Shown here piece by piece: positions 29,074 through 38,583 of a stretch of 64,000 bases of DNA (its first letter is position 1; each line of letters opens with the position of its first letter). Made by a program: the position numbers and the translations under genes. Under the pieces are notes generated by a model. It saw nothing but the letters and a program-made list of their open reading frames with translations. It searched no databases and had not been told where the DNA came from. This DNA comes from Spirochaetota bacterium (lineage in GTDB: Bacteria; Spirochaetota; UBA4802; JAFGJZ01), in assembly GCA_016928815.1 (NCBI GenBank), contig JAFGJZ010000192.1:4407-68406 (forward strand), written 5' to 3'.

Positions 29074-30639
29074 GTGAATCAGCTTTCTGGATATAATTTA
29101 AACAGAATTAATTTATTTTCAGGCGGAATTGAAATGAAATTTTCAAAAATAAACTTAATCGGTTATATTTTAATCCTGGTTATGCTGCCGTTGCTGTATT
29201 ATACCAGCAGGATAAATTTTTTATTGTTTCACAGCATAAGTGAAATGTTCGGAATAATCGTTTCATGCTGTATTTTTATCATTGCATGGGTCACAAGAAA
29301 AAAATCAGGCAATAAATATTTTGTTTTACTCGGAATAGCCTATCTGTCTGTCGGAATAATAGATTTTTTCCATACACTTTCATACAGCGGAATGAACTTA
29401 TTTGATTCCAGAATATTTTATGCAAACCAGTTATGGATAGGTGCACGGTTTCTGGAAAGCGGTTCATTACTGCTGTTTGTCATTTTTTTTAACAGAAAAT
29501 TAAGGCTGCATTACGCTGTCATTTTTTATTCATACATGCTGGTTACCTGTGCGGTTCTTCTTTCCGTGCTGTATTTCAGAATATTACCTGTCTGCTTTGT
29601 CGCCGGGCAGGGTCAGACTGAATTTAAAATCATAAGTGAATATATAATCGTTGCTGTTCTTGTTTTATGCATTATTGTCCTATCCGGAAAAAAATCATAT
29701 ATTGAGCCGAAGATCTTTTATTTCATGACAGCCTCATTCATTTTTACAATTGTAAGCGAATTTTCATTTACTCTATATTCCGATAATTTCGGAATAATTA
29801 ATTTTTTTGGACATATATTTAAAATAATCTCGTTTTACTTCATTTATAAATCGGTAATTGAAATGAGTCTTGAGGCGCCTTTCAGTCTTGTATTTTCGGA
29901 ACTTAACCGCCGCATTCAGGAAATTTCAGAATTAAACATGGATCTTGAAATTTCAAATAAAACCAAAAATAAATTTTTTGCAATAATTTCACATGATCTG
30001 AAAAATCCAGTCAACGGACTAAACGGTCTTCTTAATGTTGTCAGCCGTGACTGGGAAAGGTTCCCTGAAAATGAAAAAAAATTCTATGTTGATCAGCTTT
30101 TTCTTTCAAGCGAGAAACTGCTTAATCTGCTTAACAATCTTCTTCTGTGGTCAAGAAATCAGATGGATAAACTTGAAATAAAAATGGAATTATTTTCTAT
30201 CAATCAGATTATTATTAATAACATTTCACTTGTCAGTCAGGACGCGGTAAATAAAAAAATAGAAATTAAAAATGAAATTAATGAGGACATAACCGTTAAG
30301 GCGGACAGAAACATGACGGATGTTGTAATCAGGAACATCATTACCAATGCCGTTAAATTCACAGATACTAACGGACTGATTACAATATCAGCAAAACATG
30401 AAAAAAATTTCGCAGTTATTGATATTGCAGACAACGGAATAGGCATCCCTCTTCAATATATGAACAAATTATTCGGAATTGACAGTTCAATACACAGAAA
30501 GGGAACAGATGAAGAGGAAGGTACAGGTTTGGGGCTGATTCTTTGTAAGGACTTCATGGAAAAAAATGAAGGAGATATAAGGGTTGTAAGCGAAGAAGGT
30601 AAAGGAAGCGTATTCAGCATCATGTTTCCGGCCGGATGA
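29074..30639 (+). CDS. Sensor histidine kinase with polytopic N-terminal membrane domain
   Basis: H-box ISHDLKNP, HATPase_c G-boxes (DNGIGIP, GTGLGL); ~7 TM N-terminal; probable start ATG 29134. Confidence 0.85.
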   Translation: MNQLSGYNLNRINLFSGGIEMKFSKINLIGYILILVMLPLLYYTSRINFLLFHSISEMFGIIVSCCIFIIAWVTRKKSGNKYFVLLGIAYLSVGIIDFFHTLSYSGMNLFDSRIFYANQLWIGARFLESGSLLLFVIFFNRKLRLHYAVIFYSYMLVTCAVLLSVLYFRILPVCFVAGQGQTEFKIISEYIIVAVLVLCIIVLSGKKSYIEPKIFYFMTASFIFTIVSEFSFTLYSDNFGIINFFGHIFKIISFYFIYKSVIEMSLEAPFSLVFSELNRRIQEISELNMDLEISNKTKNKFFAIISHDLKNPVNGLNGLLNVVSRDWERFPENEKKFYVDQLFLSSEKLLNLLNNLLLWSRNQMDKLEIKMELFSINQIIINNISLVSQDAVNKKIEIKNEINEDITVKADRNMTDVVIRNIITNAVKFTDTNGLITISAKHEKNFAVIDIADNGIGIPLQYMNKLFGIDSSIHRKGTDEEEGTGLGLILCKDFMEKNEGDIRVVSEEGKGSVFSIMFPAG

Positions 30640-30888
30640 ATATGATTTAAAACTTAATAGGCATGATAAAATTTTGCTGATAAAATCGTTCGGGAAGTAA
30701 TTTTAGATATCATATCTTTTTAAGACTGTGACTGAAGGGAGAATTCCATAAAAAATTTACTGATAACTCTATTCTGCATTATAATATTTGCCAATGTATA
30801 TGCTGATAATAATTTTTCTGTTTACAGATCAGATAACATATTATTCAACCTTAGCGGCAGTTTCGATTACAGGATCGGCTCACAGCAG

Positions 30889-31803
30889 GTGTTCCGGCTT
30901 GCTTCTGCAAATAAAGTACCGTCTCTGGATGTAAATTCGGTAAAGGAAGTCAATGCTTTCGGTTACAGACTGTATAAACTTGGAAAGTATTCGGATGCCG
31001 CCGATGTTTTCCGGAGGGCGGTACAGCTTGATGAATCATATAAGTTTGCTCATTACAATCTTGCCTGCATGCTTTCTCTCGCGAAAGGTGAAGGTGTGAA
31101 AATTAATCCCAGGGAGCTGATTTACCATCTGCAATATGCGGCTTTTCTTGATGGAAAGTATCTTAATAAATTCACAACTGATGCTGATCTGGACAGTATC
31201 AGGAACGATGATTATTTCATTGATTTTATGAATCTGATATCTCACGGCAGGCTGACGCTTATGAATAAAAAGGGATATCTCGATATCGAAAATAGAAGTA
31301 TTTTTCTGATGGATCTTATTGAGGAGTATTCAGGTCCGTTATTCATCGCTCCTGAGTTTGAATTATCTCCGGATAAAAAATCAGCGGCATGTATCGCTTT
31401 TGACGGCGAAAAGGCGTATTTGTATGTTGTGACATCATACGGATTCGGGTACAGGCTGGATGATGTCTCGTTTACGGATATTCATGCTATCTTCTATAGT
31501 AGACCTGTCTGGCATCCTGAATCGATGGGAATTCTGTTTGAATACAAATCGGAGCTGTCCTTTTTCAACATGCGGACACTGAAAATAGAAAGTGTTATAA
31601 AAGTTCCTGTTGAAAACCGTAACGGGATAACTTTTTATGAAATAGGCGGGTACTGGTTTAAATCACCAACTTTAATTCGTTTCATGGGAGGCGGGAGTCT
31701 GGAATATGAATTTTCCGGCTGTGAGTATGAAATTAATATTAACGGATCGGGTTTGCGGACAGTGCCGGGCGGAAAAGTAACAGAGAGTTCAAGCTGGCAG
31801 TAA
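30889..31803 (+). CDS. Hypothetical secreted TPR-like protein (probable true start ~30748, non-canonical codon)
   Basis: Called ORF begins at GTG. The in-frame upstream codons encode a signal peptide (KNLLITLFCIIIFANVYA) after an AGGGAGA RBS, with only ATA/ATT/CTG available as start codons. Confidence 0.5.
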   Translation: MFRLASANKVPSLDVNSVKEVNAFGYRLYKLGKYSDAADVFRRAVQLDESYKFAHYNLACMLSLAKGEGVKINPRELIYHLQYAAFLDGKYLNKFTTDADLDSIRNDDYFIDFMNLISHGRLTLMNKKGYLDIENRSIFLMDLIEEYSGPLFIAPEFELSPDKKSAACIAFDGEKAYLYVVTSYGFGYRLDDVSFTDIHAIFYSRPVWHPESMGILFEYKSELSFFNMRTLKIESVIKVPVENRNGITFYEIGGYWFKSPTLIRFMGGGSLEYEFSGCEYEININGSGLRTVPGGKVTESSSWQ

Positions 31804-31824
31804 ATGCTGCGTCTGTTTCACAGG

Positions 31825-32862
31825 TCAGCTTATTTCCCTCATTCTGATGTAGGATGCAAGATTTTCCTGTGTAATGATGTCAATCGGCATTAATTGCTCA
31901 GAAGCTGATTCCTGACCGAGAATGATTTTTTTATAAAGGGTTTTGATGCTTAAATAACCCTGGTCGATCGGACGCTGTGTAAGTATGTAGCTTATGGTTT
32001 CCCTTTCAAGGTGCATGATGTTGTCAGGAACAAGGTCATAGCCCACAAGCGGAATCTTCTTTTCCAGCCCCTGTTCTTCAATCATCTGCGCGATATAATG
32101 GCATGATGAATACGCTACATATACACCGTTATATTCGCTGCCAAGCTTGGGGCGGATTTTCTCCAGAATTTCAGTCATATTATCCGGATTGACGGGTATT
32201 TCTATTGTCTCGGTTTTAAATGAAATTTTTTCCAGAAATCCTGTTACCCGGTCAGTAAGGTGTTCATTGCCTGAATCAGTAGTTATAATGAGGATTTTAT
32301 TGTCGCTGCCGGATATCATCTGATTCATTAATTTTGCTGCGAGATGTCCCGCTTCAACGGATTTCTGTCCTATGTAAGTATATCTTGGCGAACTTTCTAT
32401 ATCACTGTCAAAAAATACAACTGGTTTGTCGTCAAACAGAGTGTCAAAAAGTTTCAGAATTTCATCATGCAGAAGCGGAGCGATTACAAAAGCATCAAAC
32501 TGTTTTTTTCTTATGTTGCGGATCATATTCTGGAATTTGTCATGGTTGTATTCATGAAAATGAAAAAATTCGGCTGTTACGTGACTTGCGGACAATTCTT
32601 CAAGCGCATTTTTCATTCCTTCGAGAGGAAGTTTCCAGTAATCATTATTCAGTTCCGGGAAAGGCATCAGTACGGCTATTCTGCATTTCAGGGAAAGAGA
32701 AAAGTTTCTGGCTCTGATATCCGTTTTATAATTGAGATCACTGATCGCTTTTCTTACCCTGTCAGCGGTTTCTTCAGAAAAACGTCCCCTGTTGTGAATT
32801 ATTCTGTCAACTGTTCCGGCTGAAACACCTGCGCGTTTTGCAACATCTTTTATTTTAGACAA
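31825..32862 (-). CDS. LacI family transcriptional regulator
   Basis: HTH MSKIKDVAKRAGVSAGTVDRIIHN + sugar-binding core; divergent from GH52/ABC/GH51 locus. Confidence 0.85.
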   Translation of the reverse strand: MSKIKDVAKRAGVSAGTVDRIIHNRGRFSEETADRVRKAISDLNYKTDIRARNFSLSLKCRIAVLMPFPELNNDYWKLPLEGMKNALEELSASHVTAEFFHFHEYNHDKFQNMIRNIRKKQFDAFVIAPLLHDEILKLFDTLFDDKPVVFFDSDIESSPRYTYIGQKSVEAGHLAAKLMNQMISGSDNKILIITTDSGNEHLTDRVTGFLEKISFKTETIEIPVNPDNMTEILEKIRPKLGSEYNGVYVAYSSCHYIAQMIEEQGLEKKIPLVGYDLVPDNIMHLERETISYILTQRPIDQGYLSIKTLYKKIILGQESASEQLMPIDIITQENLASYIRMREIS

Positions 32863-33058
32863 AGTTATATCCCTAAAGTTTAACAGAAACGGCTGAATAT
32901 CAATAGCACATTTAATCTGCTTAAATATAATTAAATTTTTGCCTTCAGTATTATTTAGGCACTGAATTTTAGCAAGAATTTTTCAATAAATATGGCAATT
33001 CATGTTTTTTAAAAAATAATAATTTTTTATGAAAAAAAGTGTTGATTTTTAAAGCACC

Positions 33059-33076
33059 TGCGTTAACGTACACGCA
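33059..33076. promoter_or_regulatory. Candidate LacI-family operator palindrome
   Basis: TGCGTTAAC|GTACACGCA, imperfect 18-bp palindrome with central CG, 40 bp upstream of 33118 gene. Confidence 0.4.
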
Positions 33077-33117
33077 AATGAGCGAATTGATGACAAAAAT
33101 AGTCCTAAGGAATATAT

Positions 33118-35286
33118 ATGCAATTAATGGGTGACGGGATAGCTGTTCTAGGTTCACGGTTGGGAATTGTAATGGACCCGGTAAACAGGAAAGCTTTTCT
33201 TGTCCGTCATGGTGTACATCCCGGAATACCTATCGAGATTAAAGCAGGCATAAAACTGAAAGACAGAACCGTTTTTCTGCCGCTGACATCCGAAAAGGAA
33301 TATTTTGATTTTACCGATCAGAGCAGTTCTGCATGTTCGATCTCATTGAGCGGAATAGATCCTGAGACATCACTTCATCTGAAACTGATTATCAGAATAC
33401 CTTTCCGTCCCGGAAATTTTGAATTCAGTACAACTCCGGTGATATATTTTGATCTTGAAGTAGACAGACTGTCCTCCCAGTTCAGATGGACTGAGGGAAC
33501 AACGGAAGATTTTGTTTCCGGAAGTATATTTCTGGAATTTGCCGGTGAAGGTTTTAAATTTACTCAGAAAAATGATGATTCTGAAGTAACATATCAGTCA
33601 AAGATAGTGTTTCCTGCTGTTGCCGGAATTGACGTTGATGATTTTCCCCCTGTTAATATTAGTTCAGCTGACCGGCTTGCCGCAGTCGAAGGTTATCGGA
33701 AAGACGGTCAGCTGCAGCAGGATTTTAAGCTTGCACGCGGCAGGGCGGGGAAAAGATTATCAGCTGCATGGTGTATATATGACGAACCTGTTTTAAACGT
33801 TCTTGGTGAAAAATGCCCTTTCTATTATACAACTGTATTTTCCAATATTAATGAAGTCTGTAAATGGGCTGTTGAAAATGCCGAGAATGTCCGCCTTTCG
33901 GCAAATACTGTTGACGGGTTGTTCGCAAAACATAATCTTGGTGAGGCGGTAAATCATCTGATGCGGCATACTCTTCATTCATGGCTTGTAAATACATGGA
34001 TGGTAGTCCGTCCTGATGGACAGAAATGGTTTTCAGTATGGGAAGGAAGCTGTTATTTCCATTCAACCGTTGATGTTGAGTATACTCAGTCTCCATTTTA
34101 TCTTTCAGTGTGGCCTGAACTTCTTGAATTGCAGCTGGATGAGTGGCCGTTTTTCGGTAAAAACGGTTCCGCAGTGCTTGGAGAAGATGTAGAGAATACG
34201 CTTTTCCTTTCCCATGATATCGGTTTTATGACGGAATGTACACGGCAGTTTTATCCTCATGAAATGGAAGTTGAAGAAAATTCCAATTATATCCAGCTTG
34301 CATATGCATACTGGCGAAGAACGGGAAATGATTCCCTGATCAGAAAACATGAATCCTTTATTACACAGCTTATGGATTTTATCATTGCATGTGATACTAC
34401 CGGAAATGGGATTCCGGATAAAGGATGTGCCAATACAATTGATGACGCATCACCGGCTATTCAGTTCGGTTCAGAACAGGTTTATCTCGGTGTAAAAGCA
34501 ATGACCTCCATTAGGGCCGGATTTGAAATCCTGAAATATCTGGGCAAATCCGGCCTGCAAAAATATACTGAATTTGTTGAAAAAGCGGTTAATACAATAG
34601 AAACAACCGCATGGCTTGATGATCATTACGCTGTGACTCTCAGCAGAACTCTTGACGGAATACTCAATCCATGGTCAGGGGAAATGATGAAGGGTGAACT
34701 TGAAGGATGGGATGCATATCACATCTATACCTCCAATGGACTGGTTCCAATGGAAATGGTCGGAATGAAGAATTTACTTGACATTACAAGAATTAAATCG
34801 GATATTATTAACTCACTTGCTCACACAAAGGGTAAATACGGCAGCAGACATACAAGTTATGTTGATAAAAAGCCGACAGACCTTTTTGTTCCGGGTCTTG
34901 CAGGCAGTGCACCGCAGGTGGGGTGGGTTTCAATGAATATGTTCCGTGATATGGCGGCAGCTTATCGCGGTGTTGATCTTTTTTCCATGGCACAGAATTA
35001 CTGGGATTGGCAATGTACGACAAACAGTCAGAATGTATCGCTTTTCTTTGAAACTTTTTACGGCAACAATCTTTGCTTTTATCCCAGAGGAATTGCCGTA
35101 TTCGGATATATGGAGGCTTCACTCGGATTTTCTTATGATAAGGTTGAAGGAAATCAGAAGCTGAGTCCGGTTCGTGATCTGCTTGAAGTTGCGCTTTTTG
35201 TTTTTGCGGACTGGGAGAAGGGAACGGTGCCTGTTGTGAAAAGTTCTTTTAAAAACGGCGTAATCGAATATGATATTTTGAAGTAA
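33118..35286 (+). CDS. Glycoside hydrolase family 52-like protein (putative beta-xylosidase)
   Basis: 722 aa; pattern similarity to Geobacillus GH52 (WxVxEGxY, SHDIGF vs THDMGV, downstream Cys/Asp-rich loop); assignment from recollection. Confidence 0.5.
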   Translation: MQLMGDGIAVLGSRLGIVMDPVNRKAFLVRHGVHPGIPIEIKAGIKLKDRTVFLPLTSEKEYFDFTDQSSSACSISLSGIDPETSLHLKLIIRIPFRPGNFEFSTTPVIYFDLEVDRLSSQFRWTEGTTEDFVSGSIFLEFAGEGFKFTQKNDDSEVTYQSKIVFPAVAGIDVDDFPPVNISSADRLAAVEGYRKDGQLQQDFKLARGRAGKRLSAAWCIYDEPVLNVLGEKCPFYYTTVFSNINEVCKWAVENAENVRLSANTVDGLFAKHNLGEAVNHLMRHTLHSWLVNTWMVVRPDGQKWFSVWEGSCYFHSTVDVEYTQSPFYLSVWPELLELQLDEWPFFGKNGSAVLGEDVENTLFLSHDIGFMTECTRQFYPHEMEVEENSNYIQLAYAYWRRTGNDSLIRKHESFITQLMDFIIACDTTGNGIPDKGCANTIDDASPAIQFGSEQVYLGVKAMTSIRAGFEILKYLGKSGLQKYTEFVEKAVNTIETTAWLDDHYAVTLSRTLDGILNPWSGEMMKGELEGWDAYHIYTSNGLVPMEMVGMKNLLDITRIKSDIINSLAHTKGKYGSRHTSYVDKKPTDLFVPGLAGSAPQVGWVSMNMFRDMAAAYRGVDLFSMAQNYWDWQCTTNSQNVSLFFETFYGNNLCFYPRGIAVFGYMEASLGFSYDKVEGNQKLSPVRDLLEVALFVFADWEKGTVPVVKSSFKNGVIEYDILK

Positions 35287-35340
35287 CTTAATTTATAAAA
35301 CGGACTTTTAAAAAAAACTAATTTAATCGGAGGAGAGGAC

Positions 35341-36609
35341 GTGGTTAAAAAAATTTTACTAATTCTTTCTGTTCTTGCAATTGTGACTGTAATGATCGGT
35401 TGCGGACCAAAAGAGAAAAAGGATGTAACTGTTACATTCTGGCATCTTGATACACAAGATGATTTCAAGGCAGCTTGGCAGGCTCAAGTTGATGAATTTA
35501 TGGCACTGAACCCTCATGTAAAAATTGAGATTACAGTTCTTGAAAATGAGGCATTTAAGCAGAAAGTTGCTACAATGATGCAGTCTGGAAACCCACCTGA
35601 TCTTTTCAGAAGCTGGGGCGGCGGTGTAATGAATCAGTATGCCGAAGCTGGACTTTTGAGAGATGTTACAAAAGAATTGAAAAAAGGCGGATTTTCTGAT
35701 ACTATCGGAGCTGGACCACTTGGTGTTTACAGTTATAAAGGAAAAGTGTATGGAATTCCTTATAACATGGGTGCTGTTGGTATCTGGTACAATAAAAAAA
35801 TGTTCGCTGATAACGGTCTTTCAGAGTTCAAAACATGGAATGAACTTATTGAAGGATGTAAAAAACTTAAAGCTGCTGGTATAACTCCAATAGCTCTTGG
35901 TGAGCAGGATAAATGGCCGGGACATTTCTGGTTCGGTTACCTTGCAGTTAGAATCGCAGGCGGAGAAGCTATTCAGAAAGCATATGCAAGAGAAGGAAAA
36001 TTTACTGATGCTCCTTTCGTTGAAGCATTCGTAAAATTAAAAGAACTTGTTGATCTTGGCGCTTTCCAGAAAGGTTTCCTTGGTGCAACTTATAATGACC
36101 AGGCTTCTCTTACAGCTAACAGAAAAGCTGCAATGGAACTTATGGGACAGTGGGCTCCAAGTGTTCAGGAACAGCAGACTAAAGACAAAAAAGGTTTAGG
36201 TTCTGACCTTGGTTTCATGGCTTTCCCTGCAGTTGAAGGCGGCGCTGGCGATATCACTGATGTATTCGGTGGTGGAGACGGTTTTGCTTTCGGTGTTAAC
36301 GCTCCGGACGAAGCAATTGATTTCATGAAATTTCTAATGAGCAAAGAACAGTACAAAAAACTTTATGATTCTCCTATTTCTTTTATTCCTACAGTTAAAG
36401 GAACATCTGAATGGGTTCAGGATCCTAATATGAAAGCTGTTGCAGATGCAACAAGTAAAGCAGGTTTCTATCAGCTTTATTTTGACCAGGCTTTCCCGCC
36501 GGCAGTTGGTGGTGCAATTCTGGATGCAGTTCAGGGAATTTGTGCAGGCACAAAAACTCCTGAAGAAGCTGCAGGAATTATTCAGAAAGCATGGGATGAA
36601 GAAAAATAA
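35341..36609 (+). CDS. ABC transporter solute-binding lipoprotein (carbohydrate)
   Basis: Lipobox VTVMIGCG; SBP family-1; GGAGGAGAGG RBS. Confidence 0.85.
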   Translation: MVKKILLILSVLAIVTVMIGCGPKEKKDVTVTFWHLDTQDDFKAAWQAQVDEFMALNPHVKIEITVLENEAFKQKVATMMQSGNPPDLFRSWGGGVMNQYAEAGLLRDVTKELKKGGFSDTIGAGPLGVYSYKGKVYGIPYNMGAVGIWYNKKMFADNGLSEFKTWNELIEGCKKLKAAGITPIALGEQDKWPGHFWFGYLAVRIAGGEAIQKAYAREGKFTDAPFVEAFVKLKELVDLGAFQKGFLGATYNDQASLTANRKAAMELMGQWAPSVQEQQTKDKKGLGSDLGFMAFPAVEGGAGDITDVFGGGDGFAFGVNAPDEAIDFMKFLMSKEQYKKLYDSPISFIPTVKGTSEWVQDPNMKAVADATSKAGFYQLYFDQAFPPAVGGAILDAVQGICAGTKTPEEAAGIIQKAWDEEK

Positions 36610-36637
36610 GAATTTCCATTCTTAAATAATAAATAGG

Positions 36638-36671
36638 CTGTCTTTCAATTCATTTTGAAAGACAGTTTATT
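36638..36671 (+). terminator. Rho-independent terminator/attenuator hairpin after SBP gene
   Basis: CTGTCTTTCAA-ttcatt-TTGAAAGACAG then TTTATT. Confidence 0.7.
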
Positions 36672-36776
36672 AAATATTACATTTTATGTCTTTTTGCCAA
36701 CTTATGAAAGTTAATATGATTAGCTGATTTAAAATAAGTTGTTTATACAGAATCATATTGTTTAGAGGAAATTAAT

Positions 36777-37712
36777 ATGGGTTTACAGAAAAGCAGTAAT
36801 ATGAAGACGTCGAAATTCAAAGAATATTGGCAAAACCCGAGGCATAAACAGGCTATTATCGTAGCTACAGCATTTCTTACTCTGCCATTGATTGTCTATA
36901 CAGTTTTTGTAATTTTACCGGTTTTTCAGGCAGCTTATTTCAGTCTTTATAAATGGAACGGATTGGGGCATCTGACAAATTTTAAGGGTGTTGAAAATTT
37001 TGTAAAAATATTAACTGATCCTATTTTCGGAATGGCAATTAAAAATAATTTTAAAATAGTTGTTCTGTCTTTGCTTTTTCAGATTCCTTTGTCACTTATA
37101 ATTGCACTGACAATAGCCAGAAGATTTAAAGGCGCTGTTTTTTTCAGAACAATTTTCTTTCTGCCATATATCCTTTCAGAGGTAATCGCAGGTACCATCT
37201 GGTCGTTTATATATAATCCTCAAATTGGTATTCAAAATACAGTACTTTCAGACTGGATACCATGGCTTGCAAATTTTCAGTTTCTTGGTTCTCAGGATAC
37301 AGTTTTTGCATCCATATTTGTTGTATTGATCTGGAAATATTTCGGACTTCATATGGTAATATTAATAGCCGGTTTACAGGGAATTCCTGTTGAACTGGAA
37401 GAAGCGGCATTTATTGACGGTGTTAATAAATGGAAGCTCAACTGGTACATCATACTTCCGTTACTCAGACCGACAATCATGCTTTCACTTTTCTTCTCAA
37501 TGGTCGGTTCATTTCAGACTTTCGATATTGTCTGGGCAATGGGAAGAGGGGACCCTGCAAATGGTGCGGAAACCATGGTTACCTATATGTATAAATTCGG
37601 TTTCCAGCGTTTTCAATTAGGTTATGGTAGTGCTGTTGCGATAATTATTTTTCTGATTACAATCAGTGTAAGTGTATTGTATCAGAAACTGACAGCAGAA
37701 AAAGAATTATAG
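36777..37712 (+). CDS. Sugar ABC transporter permease (MalF-type)
   Basis: EAA loop LEEAAFIDGVNKWKLNWYIILP; 6 TM. Confidence 0.85.
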   Translation: MGLQKSSNMKTSKFKEYWQNPRHKQAIIVATAFLTLPLIVYTVFVILPVFQAAYFSLYKWNGLGHLTNFKGVENFVKILTDPIFGMAIKNNFKIVVLSLLFQIPLSLIIALTIARRFKGAVFFRTIFFLPYILSEVIAGTIWSFIYNPQIGIQNTVLSDWIPWLANFQFLGSQDTVFASIFVVLIWKYFGLHMVILIAGLQGIPVELEEAAFIDGVNKWKLNWYIILPLLRPTIMLSLFFSMVGSFQTFDIVWAMGRGDPANGAETMVTYMYKFGFQRFQLGYGSAVAIIIFLITISVSVLYQKLTAEKEL

Positions 37713-37724
37713 GAGTGATATGAA

Positions 37725-38564
37725 ATGATAGTAGGTACTAAAAAAACACACAAAGCCATTCAATATACTCTTTTAATTCTGCTTGCTCTTTTGACACTGT
37801 TTCCAATGGTACTGACGCTTATGGGCGGATTTAAAGATCTTGCTCAATTGCGTCTTGATCTTTTCGGATGGCCTGATCCTTTTTTAGGGTCAAATTATCT
37901 GGATGTACTGCATCCAAAGAGGTCCAAGTTTTTTCTCAGTCTTTTTAATTCAATGCTGATAATGTCAATAACAGTCATGTTTGGTATAGTTCTTTCATCG
38001 CTTGCCGGATTTGCACTTTCAAGAATGAAATTTCCAGGACGGGATTTTATTTTTAATTTTTTCCTGGTAGGATTACTTTTTCCGCCTGCTGTAGCGATAC
38101 TGCCTCTATATATTGAGTTAAAATCACTTCATCTGCTTGATAATTATTTTGGAGTAATTTTTCCGCAGGTTGCATTCGCATTACCGATGCAGATAATGAT
38201 TGTCAGAAGTTTTTTCAAGCAGATACCGATTGAACTTGAGGAATCGGCAACTATTGACGGATGCAGTCCGATATGGTTTCTCATATTTGTTGTAGTACCT
38301 TTATCCAAACCGGTTATTACAACAATTTCAATTCTGGCCATGGTTGGAAGCTGGAACAGTTACTTTCTACCTTTATTGATTTTAAACAGCGAAAAACTTT
38401 TTACTCTTCCAATGGGTGTAATGTCTTTTGCCGGACAGTATACATATAACTGGCCTCTTGTACTTGCATATCTGACACTGGCGATGGTTCCTGCCGTAAT
38501 CTTCTACATGATGGCGCAGAAACATATTATTGAAGGACTTACTGCAGGGTCTGTAAAAGGCTGA
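37725..38564 (+). CDS. Sugar ABC transporter permease (MalG-type)
   Basis: EAA loop LEESATIDGCSPIWFLIFVVVP; AGGAGTGA RBS. Confidence 0.85.
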   Translation: MIVGTKKTHKAIQYTLLILLALLTLFPMVLTLMGGFKDLAQLRLDLFGWPDPFLGSNYLDVLHPKRSKFFLSLFNSMLIMSITVMFGIVLSSLAGFALSRMKFPGRDFIFNFFLVGLLFPPAVAILPLYIELKSLHLLDNYFGVIFPQVAFALPMQIMIVRSFFKQIPIELEESATIDGCSPIWFLIFVVVPLSKPVITTISILAMVGSWNSYFLPLLILNSEKLFTLPMGVMSFAGQYTYNWPLVLAYLTLAMVPAVIFYMMAQKHIIEGLTAGSVKG

Positions 38565-38583
38565 CAACAGGAATAGTTAAACA

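Noticed and set aside
32334-32823. Two overlapping plus-strand ORFs (127 and 159 aa)
   Set aside because: Both antisense within the LacI regulator gene 31825-32862, which has a convincing HTH and sugar-binding core.
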